Positions 9,879 to 19,653 of a DNA stretch of 64,000 nt are shown piece after piece. The notes beneath the pieces were generated by a model. That model saw only the letters and a list, made by a program, of their open reading frames with translations, ran no database searches and was not told the DNA's origin. A program made the translations under genes and the position numbers. Positions within the stretch are counted from its first letter, which is position 1, and every line of letters starts with the position of its first letter. Origin of the DNA: Verrucomicrobiia bacterium (GTDB lineage Bacteria > Omnitrophota > Omnitrophia > Omnitrophales > Aquincolibacteriaceae); assembly GCA_035495615.1 (NCBI GenBank), contig DATJFP010000097.1:4495-68494 (forward strand), read 5' to 3'.

Positions 9879-11597
9879 ATGAGCATCCAGGGGACTTCCT
9901 TGAACAGAACCTTTTATCACGCGATCGCGCTGGCCTCGGCCGGGGCGGGCGTCTGCCTTGCCGCGGCAAGCCTGCTGCATCCGGCATTCGCGCACGCGGC
10001 GTTCAACCGGCTTTCCTTTTATATCCTGGCGCTCGTTGTGGCGGCCTGGGCCTCGGCGCTGAAAGAATGCGCGGACGCGCACCCGCCGGACTGGCGCGCC
10101 TTTCTCAGGGAATACGGTCCCGGCCTTGCCTTCTGCCTGACGGCCGCGGCTTTTATTTTTATTTCCGTGCGCCCGTATTTCCGCATCCTGGACGACGAGA
10201 CCTGCCTGCTCTCTGTGTCCAAATCCATGCTGGCCGAAAGAAGCGTCGCCAACATCACGCAGGGCAAATGGCTTTTTTACAATCTCAGCGAAGGCGATTT
10301 CAACGAGCCCAAACGCCCGTTCCTGTTTCCTTTCCTGACGTATCTCCTTCACGTCCTGTTCGGCTACCGCACGGTGAATCCGTTCGTCCTCAACTTCCTA
10401 TCGCTGGCCGGCCTTTTTTTCACGGCATTTCATCTTTTGAAGCGCAACGCGGGGAGTGCCGCGGGAGTCGCGGGCGTCCTGCTCATCGCGGCGCAGCCGG
10501 TCGTAATCCAGGCCGCGACTTGCGCCGGGTTCGATCTTTTCACCGCGTTCCTTGTCTTCGCGGGCATGGCCCTCGTCGACGCCTATTTCCTCAAGCCCTC
10601 TCCCGCGAAATTAAGCCTGGTGTGGATGCATCTGATCCTGCTGTCGCACGCGCGTTACGAAGGCGTGCTCTATCTCGCCGTGGCTGCGGTCCTGCTGTTC
10701 TGGATGGGCGCGCTGAGATTCCGCTCGTGGAACGATTCTCTGGTTTACGCGCTGACGCCGCTCATGCTGCTGCCGGTTTTACTGCAGCGCCTGTATGTTG
10801 AGACGGACCTGCAGAATCCGGCCGGCGTGAAGCCTTTTTCGTTCGCGCATTTCCTCCATCACAACGCGGACTTCCTCAAGAGCCTGGGGCGCTTTGACTT
10901 TGCGCTGCCGTACGCCACGCCGGTCAACATCCTGGGTGTCGTGTCCGGAATTATTCTGACCACGGCCTTTTTCGAAAAGCGCTGGCCCGCAGCCCCGGCC
11001 CGGCGCAGCGCGGTCGTGGTGTCTGCGGCCATGTTCGGCGCGTACTGGACCGTGATGAACGCGCATTTCGGGGAGTTCCTGCGCCTGGAAGACGGAAGCC
11101 GCGTCATGGCGCTGATGGCGATCGTGCTCGCGTTTCTCGCGGCCCTGCTGCTCGGCCGCCTGGCGGTGTTCCGGCAAAGGCCGGCGCTGCTTGTCGCGCT
11201 GTCGCTTTCCGTGTTCATTCTTTACCACCGCTTCAGCGTCGAAAATCGATTCCAGAACGCCCTTAACCGGCCGCGTGAATACCGCATCGTGATGGATTTT
11301 CTGGGGAAGCAGTTCCCTCAAAGCATGATGGTCGTTTCCAACATGCCGCAGCTTTACCCGGTGCAGAATTACGGGGCCGTGAATTTCGACACGGCCAACA
11401 ATAATCGCGCCGCTTTCCTGAAGGAGCTCAAAGACGGGCTCTACCATCATATCTTCGTGATCCAGGAAATCGATTACGCCACGGGACAGGCCATTCACGA
11501 TACCGCGCTCGATCCCGGATATCCGCTCGAGCCGGTTTACGAAACCCAGCGCGAGCCCGGCATTCTCCTGCGCATCTCCAAGGTGGTGGCGCCGTGA
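9879..11597 (+). CDS. GT-C-fold-like integral membrane glycosyltransferase candidate (ArnT/PMT-like), paralog 1 of 4
   Basis: 572 aa with about 11-13 TM helices and a soluble C-terminal domain. It shares conserved blocks with the next three genes: DDETCLLSVSKSML after TM3 (predicted periplasmic Asp-Glu), KRPFLFPF, AAQPVV.QAAT, ARYEGV, REYR, IFVIQEI and ISKVV. Confidence 0.45.
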   Translation: MSIQGTSLNRTFYHAIALASAGAGVCLAAASLLHPAFAHAAFNRLSFYILALVVAAWASALKECADAHPPDWRAFLREYGPGLAFCLTAAAFIFISVRPYFRILDDETCLLSVSKSMLAERSVANITQGKWLFYNLSEGDFNEPKRPFLFPFLTYLLHVLFGYRTVNPFVLNFLSLAGLFFTAFHLLKRNAGSAAGVAGVLLIAAQPVVIQAATCAGFDLFTAFLVFAGMALVDAYFLKPSPAKLSLVWMHLILLSHARYEGVLYLAVAAVLLFWMGALRFRSWNDSLVYALTPLMLLPVLLQRLYVETDLQNPAGVKPFSFAHFLHHNADFLKSLGRFDFALPYATPVNILGVVSGIILTTAFFEKRWPAAPARRSAVVVSAAMFGAYWTVMNAHFGEFLRLEDGSRVMALMAIVLAFLAALLLGRLAVFRQRPALLVALSLSVFILYHRFSVENRFQNALNRPREYRIVMDFLGKQFPQSMMVVSNMPQLYPVQNYGAVNFDTANNNRAAFLKELKDGLYHHIFVIQEIDYATGQAIHDTALDPGYPLEPVYETQREPGILLRISKVVAP

Positions 11598-13330
11598 AGA
11601 AACAGCAGCGTCCCGCCCCCCAGATGGCCGAAAGCCCGGCTGCCGGAAAAATCGTGGCCGCTCTTTTTCTGATCGCTGCCGGCGGGCTTGCCGCCGCGGG
11701 TTTTGCGAACCGGGATTTCATGCTGCAGTGCTTCCTGCGGCTTTCCTATTATATAGTGTGGCTGCTCGCTGCCCTGTGGGCCGTGATCGCGGGCGAATCG
11801 GTCCGGAAGCACGGCCCCGCGGTGAGGGGATTCCTGAAAGAAAACGCGGGCGGGATTCTCTTCTCATTCCTTCTGGCCGCCGCGGTCTTTGTTTCCGCGC
11901 CGCCTTATTTCCGCATGCTGAGCGACGAAACCAACCTTTTGTCCGTTTCCAAATCCATGCTCTTCAACCGCTCGACGGCCAATACACTGGAAGGTTTTTT
12001 CCAGTACTTCAATTTCTCGCCGCTGCATTACACCTACGAGAAAAGGCCTTTTCTTTTTCCGTTCGCCGTTCATCTGCTGCATCTTCTCCTTGGGTATCAT
12101 CCCTGGAACGCGTTTGCCGTGAACTTCCTCGTGCTGGGAACGCTTTTCAGCGCGGTTTTTATTTTCCTGAAGCGCGCCGCCGGATTTTGGGCCGCATTGG
12201 GCGGCGTTCTCTTTTTCGCGGCGCAGCCGGTGATCACGCAATCCGCGTCGTCGGGAGGATTCGATCTTTTCTTTGTTCTCTTTCTCGTGCTGGCCTTCGC
12301 GGCGCTCGCGCTTTATCTGGAAAACCCGGGTCCGGAAACGCTGCTGCTTTTCTGGTTCCAGCTCCTGCTGTTCATCCATACGCGCTACGAAGGCCCCATG
12401 CTCGCCGCTGTCCTCGTGCTCGCGCTTTTGGCTCTCGGCAAAATAAAACCGCGCCAATTTCTGGACGCGCCTTATTACGCGGCCACGCCGCTGCTCGTCC
12501 TTCCCGTGCTGTGGCAGAGGATCCTGACGCAGGGCCTGGAAACGCCGCCTGGCGTCAAAGCTTTTTCCGTGGAGCATTTCCTGCGGCACCAGAAGGAATA
12601 CGTGCAAAGTCTGGGCGATTTCGGATTCTTCCTGCCGTATGCCACGCCCGTCAACATTCTCGGGACCTGCGCGCTCGTGTACTTCGCTTTTCTCTACGCG
12701 TCGCGCCGCTGGCCCGCGTCACCGGCGTCCCGCACGCTTGTGACGGCCGCGGCGGCTGTCCTCGCCGCCGAATGGGTGCTGACCAACGCGTACTTTGGCG
12801 AGCTGCTTGCGGACCCGGGCGGCGGCCGCGTCCTGACCTTCGCGTTTCTGGTCCTGTCGGTTCTCGCGGTCCTGTTTCTGGTGCGGCTCGCGCCTTTCAA
12901 GCGCAAGCCTTTCCTCGCCGCGGTGCTGGGCCTTTTCTGCTTCGGCCTTTATCATCCGCTCACGATCGAAAATCGGTTTCTCAACGCCCTCGATCTGCCG
13001 CGTGAATACCGCACGGTGCTGGAATTTCTGCAGCGGCAGGACGGCCGCAACATCCTGATCGTGGCGTCGCGGCCGGGCCTGTATACCGTGCACGATTACG
13101 GCGCCGTCAAATTCGAATGGGCCAACGAGCACAAGGAAGATCTTTTGATGAAATTGAAGCAGCGTCTCTACAGCGATATTTTCGTGATTCAGAACATCGA
13201 CGATGCCACGGGGCAGATCCTGGAAGACGGCGGGCTGGACGGCAGCTATGCGCTGGAAACCGTCTTCATCACTGCGCGCCAGCCCGATCCTCTGGGTTAT
13301 ACGCGGATTTCCAGGGTCGTGAACCGTTAG
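11594..13330 (+). CDS. GT-C-fold-like integral membrane glycosyltransferase candidate, paralog 2 of 4
   Basis: 578 aa. The GTG start overlaps the upstream stop codon. Carries SDETNLLSVSKSML, KRPFLFPF, AAQPVITQSASS, TRYEGP, REYRTV, IFVIQNID and ISRVV. Confidence 0.45.
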   Translation: MKKQQRPAPQMAESPAAGKIVAALFLIAAGGLAAAGFANRDFMLQCFLRLSYYIVWLLAALWAVIAGESVRKHGPAVRGFLKENAGGILFSFLLAAAVFVSAPPYFRMLSDETNLLSVSKSMLFNRSTANTLEGFFQYFNFSPLHYTYEKRPFLFPFAVHLLHLLLGYHPWNAFAVNFLVLGTLFSAVFIFLKRAAGFWAALGGVLFFAAQPVITQSASSGGFDLFFVLFLVLAFAALALYLENPGPETLLLFWFQLLLFIHTRYEGPMLAAVLVLALLALGKIKPRQFLDAPYYAATPLLVLPVLWQRILTQGLETPPGVKAFSVEHFLRHQKEYVQSLGDFGFFLPYATPVNILGTCALVYFAFLYASRRWPASPASRTLVTAAAAVLAAEWVLTNAYFGELLADPGGGRVLTFAFLVLSVLAVLFLVRLAPFKRKPFLAAVLGLFCFGLYHPLTIENRFLNALDLPREYRTVLEFLQRQDGRNILIVASRPGLYTVHDYGAVKFEWANEHKEDLLMKLKQRLYSDIFVIQNIDDATGQILEDGGLDGSYALETVFITARQPDPLGYTRISRVVNR

Positions 13331-13336
13331 GAAAAC

Positions 13337-15040
13337 ATGGAAACTAAAAAACCAGCCGTGACCTGGTTTGCCGCCGCGCTGTGGCTTTTGCCCGCGCTTG
13401 TCCTGGGCGCCGCCACGACTCACAATCCGGATTTCATGCGCGAATGCTTCCTGGGCGGAAGCTTTTATTGCATGGCGCTGCTGGTTCTCGGCTGGACCGT
13501 CGTGTTCAAGGAATGGTGGGACGCGCGGAGGCCGGACATGCGCGGCTTTCTCCGCGAATACGGCGCGGGGCTTTTGTTCTGCGGCGCGCTGACCGCGGTC
13601 ATCTTCGTCTCTGTGCATTCTTACTTCCGCGTGCTCAGCGACGAGGCCAATCTCCTGTCAGTCTCGCGGTCCATGACGTTCCAGAGAAGCGTCCACAATG
13701 TCATCCAGGGCAAATGGACCTTTTATAATTTGCGCCCCTACGAATTTATTTACGAAAAGAGGCCGTTTCTGTTTCCGTACCTGCAGTACTGGACGCACGT
13801 TTTCCTCGGCTACCGGCCCTCGAATCCCTTTGTCGTGAATGCCGCGTGCACACTCGTCCTTTTCTGCTGCCTGTTCGTGGGCCTGCGGAAAAATCTTGGG
13901 GATGCGGCCGCTTATGCCGGCGTCCTGCTCGCCGCGGCGCAGCCGGTCCTGACGCAGACCGCGACTTCCGCCGGCATCGACATGGTTTTCGTCATGCTGA
14001 TCACGGCGTCGCTGCTCACGCTCCAGGTCTTCCTGGACCGTCCCGGCCCCGAGATTTTTGCGTTGCTGTGGGCGAGTCTCATGCTCGTCGCCAATGCGCG
14101 CTATGAAGGGCCGATGTATGCGGTCCTGGTCTTTGCGCTTCTCGCGTGCATGAAAAAAATCCGGCGCGAGTGGTTCGGCAGCTCTTTTGTTTTTGCCGCG
14201 ACGCCGCTCATGCTGCTGCCGACGTTCTGGCAGCGGGTGTTCCTTAAGACGGACCTCGAAGTCCCGGCCGGCAAACAGGCGTTCTCGCTGGCGAACTTTA
14301 TCGAGAACAGCATGGAATTCATCCGGTCCCAGTTCCGGTTCGACTACTTTCTGCCCGTCGCGAACGTCGTGAATATCCTCGGCTTCGCGGCAATCGTGTG
14401 GCTGGCAGTGGCGCTTGCGCGCCGGAAATGGCCGCATGATCCCGCGCAAAGGCCCTTTGCCTTGATCGCGTCTTCAGCCGCCGCGGCCTACGCCGTGGTC
14501 GTCTATGCCCATCACAGCAGCTTCATCACCGATCCCGCGGGCGCGCGCCTCATGACGTTCGGCTGCCTGGTGCTTTCTCTTCTTTGCCTGCTCTTTCTCC
14601 TGGCGCTTTTTCCGGGCGAGACAGGGCGCGCCGGCGTGCTGCTTTTTTCCGTGGGTATGTTCTGCCTGTATCATCCGGTGTCCGTGCGTAATTATTTTTC
14701 GAACGGCCTTGTCCTTTGCCGGGAATACCGCATGGTGCGCGATTTCCTGAAGGACCAGTGGCCGCGCAATTATCTCGTCGTGACGAACGTGCCCGGGCAT
14801 TACACGGCGCTGGACCGGGGCGCGGTCAAATTCACGTATGCCAACGAACGCAGGGATGAGCTGCTCACGCAGTTCGGCAAGCATCTCTTCAGCGAGATCT
14901 TCGTGGTGCAGGAAGTCGACGTCTCGGGCGCGGTCGCGCAGGAAACCCTGCTGGATCCGGCTTACAAACTGGAACCCGTTTTCGAGTCCGATCACAAGAT
15001 GGGTGTCTTTATCCGCATCTCGCGCGTGGTGAACCCATGA
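13337..15040 (+). CDS. GT-C-fold-like integral membrane glycosyltransferase candidate, paralog 3 of 4
   Basis: 567 aa. Carries SDEANLLSVSRSMT, KRPFLFPY, AAQPVLTQTATSA, NARYEGP, REYRMV, IFVVQEVD and ISRVV. Confidence 0.45.
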   Translation: METKKPAVTWFAAALWLLPALVLGAATTHNPDFMRECFLGGSFYCMALLVLGWTVVFKEWWDARRPDMRGFLREYGAGLLFCGALTAVIFVSVHSYFRVLSDEANLLSVSRSMTFQRSVHNVIQGKWTFYNLRPYEFIYEKRPFLFPYLQYWTHVFLGYRPSNPFVVNAACTLVLFCCLFVGLRKNLGDAAAYAGVLLAAAQPVLTQTATSAGIDMVFVMLITASLLTLQVFLDRPGPEIFALLWASLMLVANARYEGPMYAVLVFALLACMKKIRREWFGSSFVFAATPLMLLPTFWQRVFLKTDLEVPAGKQAFSLANFIENSMEFIRSQFRFDYFLPVANVVNILGFAAIVWLAVALARRKWPHDPAQRPFALIASSAAAAYAVVVYAHHSSFITDPAGARLMTFGCLVLSLLCLLFLLALFPGETGRAGVLLFSVGMFCLYHPVSVRNYFSNGLVLCREYRMVRDFLKDQWPRNYLVVTNVPGHYTALDRGAVKFTYANERRDELLTQFGKHLFSEIFVVQEVDVSGAVAQETLLDPAYKLEPVFESDHKMGVFIRISRVVNP

Positions 15041-16758
15041 GCCCGCAAGTGACGGCACAGCAGCCCAAAGCGCCCCGTCTTTTCTCGCTCGCCGCGATCA
15101 GCGCGGCCCTTGCCATCGGCGTCTGGACCGCGCTCGACCGCGGACGGCTCCTGATGTGGTTTTACCGCTATTCGTATTACGCCATGGGCCTGCTGTTTTT
15201 CATGTGGATCTACGGCCTGGTCCTGGCCTGGCGCGAGGCAAAGCCGGATGCGCGCCGCTTCCTGAAAGAAAACGGGGCGGGCCTTCTTTTTTGCCTGGCG
15301 CTCGCGGCCCTTGTTTTTATTTCTTCGCGGCCGCAATACCGCCTCTTGAGCGACGAGACGAACCTTCTCTCCGTTTCCAAATCCATGCTCTACGACAAGC
15401 ACGTCGCCAACGTCACGCAGGGCAAATGGTTTCATTACAATTTTTACGCCGAAGAGTACCAGCCGGAGAAAAGGCCATTCCTTTTTCCGTTCGTGACCTA
15501 CCTGGCGCATACGATCCTGGGCTTCCATGCCTGGAACCCGTTCGTGGTGAATTTTTTCTCGCTCGCGGCGCTGCTCTTTCTCGTCTTCGTCTATTTAAGG
15601 AAGCATGCGTCCGGGGCCGCGGCCTATGCGGCCGTGCTGCTGGCCGCGGCGCAGCCGGTCGTGACGCAGACCGCGACTTCCGCCAGCATGGATATGCTGG
15701 CCCCGCTGGTCTTTCTCGCGGTGCTTCTCACCGTGAAATATTTTCTCGACCGGCCCGGCCCGGACAGTTTTTTGCTGCTCTGGCTGCACCTGTTGCTGCT
15801 GGCCAATGCGCGCTATGAAGGCCCGCTCTATGCGGCGCTTGTTCTCGGGCTTTTGGCCTGGTCCGGACGACTCAAGGCCGGCTATTTCCGTTCTTCGGCG
15901 GTTTATCCGCTGACACCGCTCGTCCTTCTCCCGGTTTTCTGGCAGCGTTTCATGATCCCGACCGATCTCGAAGTGCCTCCGGGCGTGAAGCCCTTTTCGC
16001 TGGAGCACCTTTTCCAGCACACTCTGGATTTTCTCGGGACGCTCACGCGTTTCGATTTCGTGCTGCCGTACGCCACGCTCGTCAATCTCGCGGGACTGGC
16101 CGGCCTTCTTTTCTTCGCGACCCGATTCGCGGCCCGCCGGTGGCCCGCGGAAAAGCCGCAGAGGCAGGCGGTTTCCATCGCGGCTTTTTTGTTCCTGGCT
16201 TACTGGGTCCTCATCAACGCGCACTTCAGCCCGTTCGCGCTGATCTACGACGGAAGCCGCCTTCTCGTGCCCGCGGTGCTCGCGCTCTCGGTTTTTGCCG
16301 CGCTTCTTCTGGAACGGCTGCCGCTTTTCAAACGCCGGCCCTTTTATCTTTTGATGGCGTCGTTTTCGCTCTTTTGCCTCTACCATCCGGTCACGATCGA
16401 AAACAGGGGATGGAATGCCGTCCTGCTCACGCGTGAATACAAATTCATGACGGAATTTTTCGAAAAGCAGAAACAGAAAAATTTTCTCGTCGTCGCTTAC
16501 CGCACCGGCATCTACGCGGCGCGCGAATACGGGGCCGTGAATTTTTATTCCGCGAACGCCAACAAAGACGAATTGCTGGGCGAATTCGGCCATCATCTCT
16601 TCAGCGATATTTTCGTGATCCAGGAAATCGTCTGCGCGACGGATGAGCCCACGCCCGAAACCCGGCTGGATCCCGCCTTCCACCTGCAAAAAATCCTGGA
16701 GTACGCGAAACAGTACCCCGCCTCCAGCAAAATGCGCCTCTCCCGGGTCGTGTTGTAG
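15037..16758 (+). CDS. GT-C-fold-like integral membrane glycosyltransferase candidate, paralog 4 of 4
   Basis: 573 aa. The ATG start overlaps the upstream stop (ATGA). Carries SDETNLLSVSKSML, KRPFLFPF, AAQPVVTQTATSA, NARYEGP, REYKFM, IFVIQEI and LSRVV. Confidence 0.45.
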   Translation: MSPQVTAQQPKAPRLFSLAAISAALAIGVWTALDRGRLLMWFYRYSYYAMGLLFFMWIYGLVLAWREAKPDARRFLKENGAGLLFCLALAALVFISSRPQYRLLSDETNLLSVSKSMLYDKHVANVTQGKWFHYNFYAEEYQPEKRPFLFPFVTYLAHTILGFHAWNPFVVNFFSLAALLFLVFVYLRKHASGAAAYAAVLLAAAQPVVTQTATSASMDMLAPLVFLAVLLTVKYFLDRPGPDSFLLLWLHLLLLANARYEGPLYAALVLGLLAWSGRLKAGYFRSSAVYPLTPLVLLPVFWQRFMIPTDLEVPPGVKPFSLEHLFQHTLDFLGTLTRFDFVLPYATLVNLAGLAGLLFFATRFAARRWPAEKPQRQAVSIAAFLFLAYWVLINAHFSPFALIYDGSRLLVPAVLALSVFAALLLERLPLFKRRPFYLLMASFSLFCLYHPVTIENRGWNAVLLTREYKFMTEFFEKQKQKNFLVVAYRTGIYAAREYGAVNFYSANANKDELLGEFGHHLFSDIFVIQEIVCATDEPTPETRLDPAFHLQKILEYAKQYPASSKMRLSRVVL

Positions 16759-16866
16759 GGGATGGCCTGCTTTTTGCTTTAATCAAAGGCAAGGAACCTT
16801 GGAGAGCCGGCATTTCTCTGCTAAGCTAGGGGGGTTTTTCGCCGATAATTCAGGCTCGGATAGGAC

Positions 16867-19362
16867 ATGGCCAAAAAAACCGGAGAGACCGCGAGAATGC
16901 CGAAGAAAAAGACCAACGGCCCATGGCAATTGGTCCATAAGGACATGACCAAAGAGGGGCTCAAGACCTCTTTTTGGTCGAGCCTCTATTACGCCCTGGC
17001 CAAGGACCGCTACACCACCACGTCCCACGACGACTTCATGGCTCTGGCCATCACCGTGCGCGACCGCATCGTCGAGCGCTGGATCGCCACACAGCAGGGC
17101 TATCACAGCGAAAACGCCAAACGCGTCTACTATCTTTCCATGGAATTCCTGATCGGCCGCCTGCTGGGCAGCAACATGATCAGCCTGAATTTGTGGGATG
17201 AGGCCAAGAAGGCGCTGGGGGAAATGGGCCTGGACCTGGAAAAGCTCATCGACGAAGAACCGGACGCCGGCCTCGGCAACGGAGGCCTGGGCCGCCTGGC
17301 CGCCTGCTTCCTGGATTCCATGGCCACGCTCGGCATTCCCGCGCACGGCTACGGCATCCGCTACGACTACGGCATTTTCAATCAGCGCATCCTGGGCGGC
17401 CATCAGGTGGAATCGCCGGACGAATGGCTGAAGCTCGGCAATCCCTGGGAATTCCCGCGCCCGGAATATTCCGTTCTCGTGAAATTTTACGGCGACACCT
17501 TTTTCTATCACGATCACCAGGACAAACTGCGCGTCCTGTGGCGCAACACGCAGGACGTCGTCGCCATGCCGTACGACATCCCGGTACCAGGCTACAAGAA
17601 CGACGTGGTCAATACGCTGCGGCTGTGGTCGGCCCGCGGTTCCGAAGAGTTCGACCTGGAATATTTCAACACCGGCGACTACGAGCGCGCGGTCTACAAT
17701 AAAATGTTCTCGGAAAACATCTCCAAGGTGCTTTACCCCAACGACGCGAATTCCCTGGGCCGCGAGCTGCGCCTGAAGCAGGAGTATTTTTTCACCGCCG
17801 CGTCCATCTTCGACATCATCCGCCGCTTCAAGTCCGGCAACGACGATTTTGCGAAGCTGCCCGAGAAGGCGGCCATCCAGCTGAATGACACGCATCCCGC
17901 CCTTGCCGTGGCGGAGTTCATGCGCGTCCTCGTGGACGAGGAACAGCTGGAATGGGAAGACGCGTGGGACATCACGGTGCGGACGTTTGCCTACACCAAC
18001 CACACGGTCATGCCTGAAGCGCTCGAATGCTGGTCGGTCGCGCTTTTCGAGAAGCTCCTGCCGCGGCACATGCAGATCATCTTCGAAATCAACGTCCGGT
18101 TCCTGCGGCAGGTCGCGAACAAGTACCCGGGCGACACAGAACGCCTGAGACGGATGTCGCTGATCGAGGAAGGGGCGAACAAGCAGGTCCGCATGGCCTT
18201 TCTGGCGATCGTGGGCAGCCATTCCGTGAACGGCGTTTCGGAGCTGCACTCCAATCTCCTGAAGAACCACCTGTTCAAGGATTTTTACGAATTCTTCCCG
18301 GCTAAATTCAACAACAAGACCAACGGCATCACGCCGCGGCGCTGGCTGCTGAAATCCAATCCCGGGCTGTCGAATCTGATCACAGAGACGATCGGCGGCA
18401 AGTGGGTGACGGACCTGGATCAGCTGAAGAAACTTTCCTCCTGCCAGAAGGACGCGTCGTTCCGCAAGAGCTGGCGCCAGATCAAGGAAGACAACAAGCG
18501 CAAGCTCGCCGACGACATTTATCACAATACGGGCATGAAGGTGGACCCGCAGGCCATGTTCGACGTCCAGGTCAAGAGGATTCACGAGTACAAGCGCCAG
18601 GTGCTGTTCGCTTTTTACATCATTTCGGAATACCTGAAGCTGAAGGAAAACCCGAAAGCCTTCGTGCAGCCCCGTGTTTTCCTTTTCAGCGGCAAGGCCG
18701 CGCCGGGATACACCATGGCGAAACTCATCATCAAATTTATCACGAGCATCGCCTACGTCATCAATTACGACAGCGCGGTCAAAGACCAGCTCAAGGTGAT
18801 TTTTCTGGAGAATTACCGGGTTTCGCTCGCGGAACGGATTTTTCCGGCCAGCGACCTCTCCGAACAGATCTCGACCGCGGGCACGGAGGCCTCGGGCACG
18901 GGCTGCATGAAATTCATGATGAACGGCGCGCTGACCGTCGGCACCTGGGACGGGGCGAACATCGAAATGGCGCAGGCCGTAGGTCAGGGGAACATCTTCA
19001 CGTTCGGGCTGAGGGCGGACGAGGTTCTGAATCTCCAGCGCGGCGGCTACAACCCGCGGGACTATATCCAGCAGTCGCCGGTCCTGTCAGAAATCATCCG
19101 GATGATCCAGTCGAATTTCTTTTCGCCCGTCGAGTACGGCATCTTCGAGCCGCTGGTGAACAGCCTCCTCAACCGGGATTCGTTTCTAGTCTGCGCGGAT
19201 TTCGATTCTTATTGCAAGACGCAGGACTCGATCTCGCGCAACTTCAAAGACCCCGACGATTGGGTCCGCAAGGCCATCGTGAACGTCGCCAATTCCGGAA
19301 AATTTTCCAGCGACAGGACGATCCTGGAATATGCCCGCGACATTTGGGACGTGATCCCTTAA
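16867..19362 (+). CDS. glgP: glycogen/alpha-glucan phosphorylase
   Basis: 831 aa. PLP-lysine signature region EASGTGCMKFMMNGALTVGTWDGANIEM; whole-length similarity to GT35 phosphorylases. Confidence 0.9.
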   Translation: MAKKTGETARMPKKKTNGPWQLVHKDMTKEGLKTSFWSSLYYALAKDRYTTTSHDDFMALAITVRDRIVERWIATQQGYHSENAKRVYYLSMEFLIGRLLGSNMISLNLWDEAKKALGEMGLDLEKLIDEEPDAGLGNGGLGRLAACFLDSMATLGIPAHGYGIRYDYGIFNQRILGGHQVESPDEWLKLGNPWEFPRPEYSVLVKFYGDTFFYHDHQDKLRVLWRNTQDVVAMPYDIPVPGYKNDVVNTLRLWSARGSEEFDLEYFNTGDYERAVYNKMFSENISKVLYPNDANSLGRELRLKQEYFFTAASIFDIIRRFKSGNDDFAKLPEKAAIQLNDTHPALAVAEFMRVLVDEEQLEWEDAWDITVRTFAYTNHTVMPEALECWSVALFEKLLPRHMQIIFEINVRFLRQVANKYPGDTERLRRMSLIEEGANKQVRMAFLAIVGSHSVNGVSELHSNLLKNHLFKDFYEFFPAKFNNKTNGITPRRWLLKSNPGLSNLITETIGGKWVTDLDQLKKLSSCQKDASFRKSWRQIKEDNKRKLADDIYHNTGMKVDPQAMFDVQVKRIHEYKRQVLFAFYIISEYLKLKENPKAFVQPRVFLFSGKAAPGYTMAKLIIKFITSIAYVINYDSAVKDQLKVIFLENYRVSLAERIFPASDLSEQISTAGTEASGTGCMKFMMNGALTVGTWDGANIEMAQAVGQGNIFTFGLRADEVLNLQRGGYNPRDYIQQSPVLSEIIRMIQSNFFSPVEYGIFEPLVNSLLNRDSFLVCADFDSYCKTQDSISRNFKDPDDWVRKAIVNVANSGKFSSDRTILEYARDIWDVIP

Positions 19363-19653
19363 TTCCGCCCGTCTCCTCTTCTGCCCCTCTAACTGCTTTT
19401 GTTTTCGAGACTTGCAGGCCGAACCCTGTTTCCCGGCGCGGTTTTATAAGGAAACTCTTTACGCTATTCTCAGGGTTCCACGGCTGATTTTCTGATTCCA
19501 TAATAAAAGAAGAAGTGTATACTAATCAGTCCCGGACCCTGCCTCCGGGATGCTCGGGTTCATTGTGATATAAAAGGCATGTTTTTTGCTTTGTAAATCA
19601 TCAAGCCCTCAGATTTAAATTGCAAAAAATCTGGTCTAATCGGGGAAGTTCCC

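Noticed and set aside
16783-18585. 600-aa minus-strand ORF opposite glgP
   Set aside because: glgP is unambiguous, with its PLP-lysine motif. The antisense product is low-complexity.
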